A DNA stretch of 17,735 nt, taken from NCBI GenBank assembly GCA_046536775.1, contig JAWDMD010000010.1, positions 1 to 17,735 of the forward strand, given 5' to 3'. The DNA is from Candidatus Nanopusillus sp. GTDB lineage: Archaea > Nanobdellota > Nanobdellia > Nanobdellales > Nanobdellaceae. The number at the start of each line of letters is the position of its first letter. Within the stretch, counting starts at the first letter, position 1. The notes beneath the pieces are model-generated. The model did no database searches, was not told the origin of the DNA, and saw only the letters and a program-made list of their open reading frames with translations. Shown here piece by piece: positions 13,181-17,735 of this stretch. Both the position numbers and the translations under genes were made by a program.

Positions 13181-14719
13181 TCACCCATAATAAAAAACAC
13201 TTAGATAAGGGGAAGATAAAACGAGATTATTATAAGATAGGGGTAGGCTTTTCAAGTTAATAATTCCGTCCTGCAAATAATAACCCAAATAATAATTGCC
13301 CTTATATAATAACAACAAACCGTTCAAGTTTCCCAATAACGGTTGATTTACATTTATATTAGCTAAATTTGAAAAGAAATAGCTAACTTTAATATCTCCA
13401 TACATAGTTAGGTTTAATCCATTCAATTTATATGCTGTTATTGCACTATTAACAAATCCAAATGAATACCTCCAATTAGATGATAAAAACCAATGAAGTT
13501 GATAAATGAGGTTTGTTGATAATATAGTTATTGTTAACCCCCCGGTTAACAATGATATTAATGATATTAAAGCTGTAAATTTCTTTATTTTTTTGTTAAA
13601 TCCTGATATTAATCCTATAGTTATTCCTCCCCAAAAAATTAAATAATTAGTAAGACGTATTGTTACAATTTGAAGTATAGGATTTGAAAAAATTGTATAT
13701 AAAATAGAGGTAATGGTTAATATAAATAATGAGCTAGGGATTAAATGATTTTTAGTTTTTGAGAATTCAAGCTTAAAGCCGGAAGGAACGAGAAATACAA
13801 GGGGGATGCCTAAAATAATTATTTGCCAATAGTATTCCTTATCATAAAATAAGGAAATATTTTGGAAACTAGACAACAGCAAAAGAATTATTCCTAATAA
13901 TATGGTTAGCATATAAGTAAATTTATTTAAGTTTCTATTTTTCGGAGAAAAAATAACATATGTAAAAGTAATAAAAAATAAATAAATAAAAAACGTAAAA
14001 TTAAAGGAATTTAGATAATATCCTTTAATAGCATTTATACCGTATGTATAGTAATAAATTAAATATGACATTAATGTAAAAATACCCGTTATAATAAGAT
14101 ATTTATCGTTTTTGTAATCATAATTAATATGTGATACATAATTTACCCCTCTTTTTATTATGGGGATTAATAATGTTATTCCAATTATTAGAACTGTTGG
14201 TAAAGGATGGGTTAAAATTAACGATGGTATAGAAATTATAATTGGTATAAGGTCTTTTATTTTATTTGAAAAATAAGATAAAAACAAAATTAGGAAAAAT
14301 ATTGGATAAGCGTAAACCTCTTTTAATAGTGATGAGGTAAAAATTAAAAATGACCCTATAAAAAATGAGAAGGCAATAGATATAATTCCATTTCCTCCTA
14401 ATTTTTCTACTAATATATAAAATAATAGCATAGTTTCAGGTATTATTAAAAATGAAAATAAAGAGAAAATGTAATAAGGTGAAATCCCAGTTGAAATAGA
14501 TACTATTTGAGAAAATAGTAAAACGCCTGGAATTCTATTATTATAACCCCCTAATGCTGTGTTGTTCCATATTTTTACGTTATTAATTAACAAATTCCCT
14601 TCATGAATTAATGGCCATACATCGGTTGATAATGGTTCTCTTAAAAAAATAAATGGGATTAACCTTAAAGCTATTGCCATTGATATAATGAGAATTATTA
14701 ACATTGATTTTTTATTCAT
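13181..14719 (-). CDS. large polytopic integral membrane protein (about 12-13 TM plus a ~100-aa C-terminal ectodomain); possible GT-C-fold transferase or polymerase
   Basis: The track gives GTG 14728. I prefer ATG 14719 (MNKKSMLIILII...) because it forms an ATGA overlap with the upstream stop (14716-14718) and is preceded by AGGTGGT (14724-14730). The first extracytoplasmic loop after TM1 carries PLSTDVWPLIHEG, an acidic residue placed as in GT-C first loops. The protein has no WWDYG motif and no cysteine. Confidence 0.7.
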   Translation of the reverse strand: MNKKSMLIILIISMAIALRLIPFIFLREPLSTDVWPLIHEGNLLINNVKIWNNTALGGYNNRIPGVLLFSQIVSISTGISPYYIFSLFSFLIIPETMLLFYILVEKLGGNGIISIAFSFFIGSFLIFTSSLLKEVYAYPIFFLILFLSYFSNKIKDLIPIIISIPSLILTHPLPTVLIIGITLLIPIIKRGVNYVSHINYDYKNDKYLIITGIFTLMSYLIYYYTYGINAIKGYYLNSFNFTFFIYLFFITFTYVIFSPKNRNLNKFTYMLTILLGIILLLLSSFQNISLFYDKEYYWQIIILGIPLVFLVPSGFKLEFSKTKNHLIPSSLFILTITSILYTIFSNPILQIVTIRLTNYLIFWGGITIGLISGFNKKIKKFTALISLISLLTGGLTITILSTNLIYQLHWFLSSNWRYSFGFVNSAITAYKLNGLNLTMYGDIKVSYFFSNLANINVNQPLLGNLNGLLLLYKGNYYLGYYLQDGIINLKSLPLSYNNLVLSSPYLSVFYYG

Positions 14720-15786
14720 AGGGACCACCTTATATTTATAAAAGTACTTATTGAAGATATAATAAATATTGAGAGAGTAGAGATTACTATTTCTTCATTA
14801 ATTTGTGGTATTAAATATAAACCCAAGATATTTACAATTACAAATTTACTAAAACAATAATATAATAATATTGAAATAGGAATTGATGCAATAAAAGATA
14901 AAAGATTGATAATTATCGAAATTACTGCCAAATTAACCTTTGAGATTCCATAAAAATGTAGCAACTCTAAGTTATCTTTTTCAGTTAAAACCAGCACTTC
15001 CCCATTTATATAAGAGCCTATTGATAGAATTATTATAGAGGCTATAGCTAGAGATGTAAAAGCAATCTTTGGGATTCCTAACTTGTTATAATAAACTTCT
15101 GATATTTGATTTAGTTCTTGTTGTAATTTTTGATTATTTAAATTTTCTACTATTAATGTAGCCTTTTCTAATAAGCTGGTTTCTTCGCTTGGCATTTGTA
15201 ATGCCTTCATAACATTTATTTTATATGAATTGTTAACTAAATTTATTATAGCGATTGAAGCTAAATTATTATTAATTCCATTTCCATGGATTTGATACGC
15301 TATATTATTACTAACCTCTATTCCAAAAGATAAATTTTTTTCAAAACCACATATAATCAATTCTATAGGTAAATTAGAAAATGCAGGATAAACTATAAGC
15401 GTTTGATTAATTTTTAGATTCATCATTTTTTTAACAGTAATGCTTGGATACGCACAATAATTATTATAATCTTTATATCCTATGAATGCAATGTCTTTAC
15501 CATTTACATTTCCTAAAGATAATATAATAAATTGAATATTTTTTATTCCAGAAACATTATTAAGTTTAGTCAATAAATTTTCCTTGTTTATTAATGAAGT
15601 AAAAGGAGATAATGAATAACTAGTTATAATAATTCCATTATTTCCTAAAGAATTAATTTCGTTGTAAATATTATAGAGTCCAATAACCTCTGATGATATA
15701 ATAAGAGAAGAGGTTTCTATAGCAACAAAAATTAATACTAATAAAATTATAGTATATTTTCTAAATCCTTTAAATGCTCTAATCAT
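14716..15786 (-). CDS. FtsX/MacB-like ABC permease, long ectodomain (~205 aa)
   Basis: The 356-aa ORF has a basic N-terminus plus TM1 (FKGFRKYTIILLVLIFVAI) and a sequon-bearing ectodomain at about aa 35-240. Three C-terminal TM helices follow, with the FtsX-type intracellular motif LTEKDNLELLHFYGISKVNLAVI (compare the recalled ER.rEiGiLkAlGa....I). AGGTG lies at 15794-15798. Confidence 0.7.
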   Translation of the reverse strand: MIRAFKGFRKYTIILLVLIFVAIETSSLIISSEVIGLYNIYNEINSLGNNGIIITSYSLSPFTSLINKENLLTKLNNVSGIKNIQFIILSLGNVNGKDIAFIGYKDYNNYCAYPSITVKKMMNLKINQTLIVYPAFSNLPIELIICGFEKNLSFGIEVSNNIAYQIHGNGINNNLASIAIINLVNNSYKINVMKALQMPSEETSLLEKATLIVENLNNQKLQQELNQISEVYYNKLGIPKIAFTSLAIASIIILSIGSYINGEVLVLTEKDNLELLHFYGISKVNLAVISIIINLLSFIASIPISILLYYCFSKFVIVNILGLYLIPQINEEIVISTLSIFIISSISTFINIRWSL

Positions 15787-16645
15787 GATTTAGCACCTGA
15801 AAGTAAGAAGATATTGTTGAAACAACTATTGAATACAAAGATACAATTATCAATGAATAAAGACCTGGGGTATTAATAATAAAATTAGCATAGTTTAAAT
15901 GATATAAAACGGATATTCCTAATTGAAAAATTATTATACCAAAAGCAAGTCCGTATAAAGTAAATAGTGTAGAAATTATCAATGATACAATTAAATAATT
16001 TAATTTTATTATATTATGAGAGATACCAATATATTTTAAGTTATTGAAAGCATCGGATAAACTTAAGTAGATTTTTTTATATGAAAAGTATTGAGCTGGA
16101 AATGATAAAGTAATTAATATAAACGATAATATAATTGATAAATATCGTAAAGAAGACAGCATAGATGACATGATATTTTTTAGCCCTCCACCAACTGTTA
16201 TGCGGGTAGATTGATTATAGCTAGGCAATATTACTAAATTTAAATTATTGGGAGTATTTATTATACCTGTTACTTGATAAGAATTACATGAGCCTGAAGA
16301 ACATAATATTATCTTACTGTTTTTAGATATATTTAAGGAATTACTCACTAAAACACCTTCCTTCCCATATAATAAATTAATATTAAAATAATTTAAGATA
16401 TATGATTCGTTATTGCTAGACAATATATTTACTTGAATTGATTTGTTATCATTCTTTAATGTAGCTAATGATATATTAATAGTTATAAAATTACTTGTTG
16501 AATTAATTTCAATTGTATTTATTGAATTTGGTATAGAAAGCAGTGAACCAGATAATGCCAATGGTATAGATATAGATAATAAAAGTAATATAAATGATTT
16601 TTTATAAAGCAGTGATTTTAATGTTTGTTTAATTATGGTTGTCAT
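15779..16645 (-). CDS. FtsX/MacB-like ABC permease, short ectodomain (~125 aa)
   Basis: The 288-aa ORF starts IKQTLKSLLYKKSFILLLLSISIPLAL, which is typical of FtsX-family N-termini. The ectodomain contains GVLVSNSLNISKNSKIIL...YQVTGIIN and a CSSGSC pair. Three C-terminal TM helices follow, with LKYIGISHNIIKLNYLIVSLI. The ATG at 16645 has a strong SD, AGGTGAT, at 16651-16657 (5-nt spacer). Confidence 0.65.
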   Translation of the reverse strand: MTTIIKQTLKSLLYKKSFILLLLSISIPLALSGSLLSIPNSINTIEINSTSNFITINISLATLKNDNKSIQVNILSSNNESYILNYFNINLLYGKEGVLVSNSLNISKNSKIILCSSGSCNSYQVTGIINTPNNLNLVILPSYNQSTRITVGGGLKNIMSSMLSSLRYLSIILSFILITLSFPAQYFSYKKIYLSLSDAFNNLKYIGISHNIIKLNYLIVSLIISTLFTLYGLAFGIIIFQLGISVLYHLNYANFIINTPGLYSLIIVSLYSIVVSTISSYFQVLNHD

Positions 16646-17095
16646 TTATAATCACCTTTGTTTCTATGATATCAATTTTTGTATAGATAGTTTCAACGTT
16701 TCTTTAATATAATTTTTACAGCTAATTAATTTTTTGTACATAACAATAAAATTAAAAATTTTATATCAATTTACAATTTATTTAACCTTTAATAGAAAAT
16801 TATTGATTTTGATAATTTATCGATGCTGCTAAATATTATTATAGAAAAGAAGCCAGATCAATAAGCAAATTTCCTTTTCTTTTACTAGTCAATCTCTTTT
16901 GATATTATGAAAGAATTTAAATTAATGCTCAATGGTTATGGCTAAACTATATAATATAACTATTATATAGTTTAAAAAGAAGTATTGTTCTTCAAAAATT
17001 AACATAATTAAATACCATTAAAATATAAATTTGAATAATAAATAACACATTAGATTTTTATAATACTATTTTTCAAATAATACAGGGCAGTATAT
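16646..17095. promoter_or_regulatory. 450-bp divergent intergenic control region between the 14-gene operon and the flippase gene
   Basis: The region has no ORF of note and is extremely AT-rich. Minus-direction TATA candidate: AAAAATTATATTAAA, complement of 16703-17, about 65 nt from the ATG at 16645. Plus-direction TATA candidate: ATTTTTATAATA at 17054-17065, about 36 nt from the ATG at 17096. Positions are suggestive only. Confidence 0.5.
16943..16974. repeat. perfect 14-bp inverted repeat with a 4-nt spacer (TAAACTATATAATA-TAAC-TATTATATAGTTTA)
   Basis: Read directly from the sequence. The segment 16943-16956 is the exact reverse complement of 16961-16974. It lies in the divergent control region, about 300 bp from the operon ATG and about 120 bp from the flippase ATG. 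Confidence 0.9.
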
Positions 17096-17735
17096 ATGCA
17101 ATATAAAGCAAAAGTGTTTACTGGAAGCATAAAGCTCATTAGCTCAAATACAATAGTTTATTTGTTGCAGTTTGCTTTCTATTTAACAATAGTTAGAGTT
17201 TTAAAACTTGAATACCTTGGTATCTACCAAGCAACTGCCCTTATTTTTGTTTTGCTTAATTTTGCATTCACTTGGCCTAATTATGGATTTAATAGATATA
17301 TAACAGGCTATTATCAAACAAATAAACAAGAAGAGGCTAGAGGCCTTTATCTGATAGGAATAGCTTTGGGCTTAATAGGAGGATTTATAATTATAGCTAT
17401 ATCATGGTTTTTTGGGCAATATTTATCTTTAATCTACTTTGGCAACATAAATTATGTATTAATACTTAGACTCATGGCCCTTGATTTACTTGTTAGCGCG
17501 TACAATTATTATGCAGGCATTTCATTAAATGCATCTATGAGATTCGGTAAATATGGCTTTATTCAAGTTATTTGGGCGGTCCTAAGGTATGGAACAGGTA
17601 TTATGTTACTTTTCATGGGATTTGGGCCAATAGGCCTAATAATAGGGTGGATTGCTGGAGATCTAGGATCAGCCGCTTTTTATACCTATTGGTCTCTTGA
17701 CTTTATTAAAGGTCCAAAAAGTAAACCACCAATAA
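17096..17735 (+). CDS. Wzx/MOP-superfamily oligosaccharide flippase-like polysaccharide biosynthesis protein (N-terminal 213 codons; runs off the right edge)
   Basis: Not in the ORF track because it is open-ended. The ATG at 17096 opens a stop-free frame to the end of the window: MQYKAKVFTGSIKLISSNTIVYLLQFAFYLTIVRVLKLEYLGIYQATALIFVLLNFAFTWPNYGFNRYITGYY...GPIGLIIGWIAGDLGSAAFYTYW. The N-terminal pattern (...n.....l.F.....i.R.L....yG.y..a.a...l......g......r.i) and the serial TM helices fit the PST/Wzx family. Confidence 0.65.
   Translation, partial: MQYKAKVFTGSIKLISSNTIVYLLQFAFYLTIVRVLKLEYLGIYQATALIFVLLNFAFTWPNYGFNRYITGYYQTNKQEEARGLYLIGIALGLIGGFIIIAISWFFGQYLSLIYFGNINYVLILRLMALDLLVSAYNYYAGISLNASMRFGKYGFIQVIWAVLRYGTGIMLLFMGFGPIGLIIGWIAGDLGSAAFYTYWSLDFIKGPKSKPPI

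Noticed and set aside
13181-14728. AglB-type oligosaccharyltransferase
   Set aside because: Neither this protein nor the 572-aa protein has a WWDYG-type motif, and both C-terminal ectodomains (~90-100 aa) are far smaller than AglB/PglB periplasmic domains. Only a generic GT-C/polymerase-like call is justified.
16797-16818. 7-bp inverted repeat AAATTAT-N8-ATAATTT in the divergent region
   Set aside because: It is short and made purely of A/T. Such matches are expected many times by chance in DNA of this composition, unlike the 14-bp palindrome at 16943-16974.
1-17735. Search for CRISPR arrays, tRNA/rRNA genes, C/D-box sRNAs, transposases or integrases
   Set aside because: I saw no regularly spaced direct repeats and no GC-rich structured islands in the AT-rich intergenic regions. 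There are no RUGAUGA...CUGA box pairs at sRNA spacing in the gaps, and no ORF with DDE, tyrosine- or serine-recombinase motifs.

Overview
AT-rich window (about 25-30% G+C by eye), almost certainly archaeal. Supporting signs are GGTGA/GAGGTG Shine-Dalgarno motifs, frequent TTG/GTG starts, a DUF1616-like protein (a family I know only from archaea) and very dense N-x-S/T sequons in predicted ectodomains. It has a Sulfolobales-like flavour, but the lineage cannot be fixed from sequence alone. I found no rRNA, tRNA, CRISPR array, transposase or integrase.

Layout:
(i) The left flank (1-1101) holds the 5' part of an FkbM-like methyltransferase gene (minus strand, runs off the edge) and a decayed MFS-transporter remnant.
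(ii) Two plus-strand family-2 glycosyltransferases occupy 1498-3515.
(iii) A 13.1-kb, 14-gene minus-strand block spans 16645->3520, with almost every junction overlapping or SD-coupled.
(iv) A 450-bp divergent control region (16646-17095) contains a perfect 14-bp palindrome.
(v) The 5' part of a Wzx/MOP-type flippase gene runs off the right edge (17096-17735, plus strand).

The 14-gene block is the main finding. It has two parts:
- An upstream 4-gene ABC unit: two different FtsX/MacB-like permeases, a 12-TM-class polytopic protein, and an ABC ATPase that lacks the H-loop histidine.
- A 10-gene unit after a 100-bp gap. It encodes small anchored ectoproteins, a split and order-swapped DUF1616-like pair (one half carries an N-terminal wHTH-like domain), two orphan membrane proteins, and a heavily sequon-loaded 612-aa protein with a cytoplasmic DUF4129-like tail. 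These are followed by a DUF4350-like protein, a MoxR AAA+ ATPase, a DUF58 protein and a Cys-free 572-aa polytopic protein.

Twelve of the 14 products are membrane-anchored, and the only soluble ones are the two NTPases. I read this as an uncharacterised, dual-ATPase cell-envelope or surface-glycan assembly or remodelling system embedded in a glycosylation island. All family assignments come from motif recognition by eye and need HMM confirmation.
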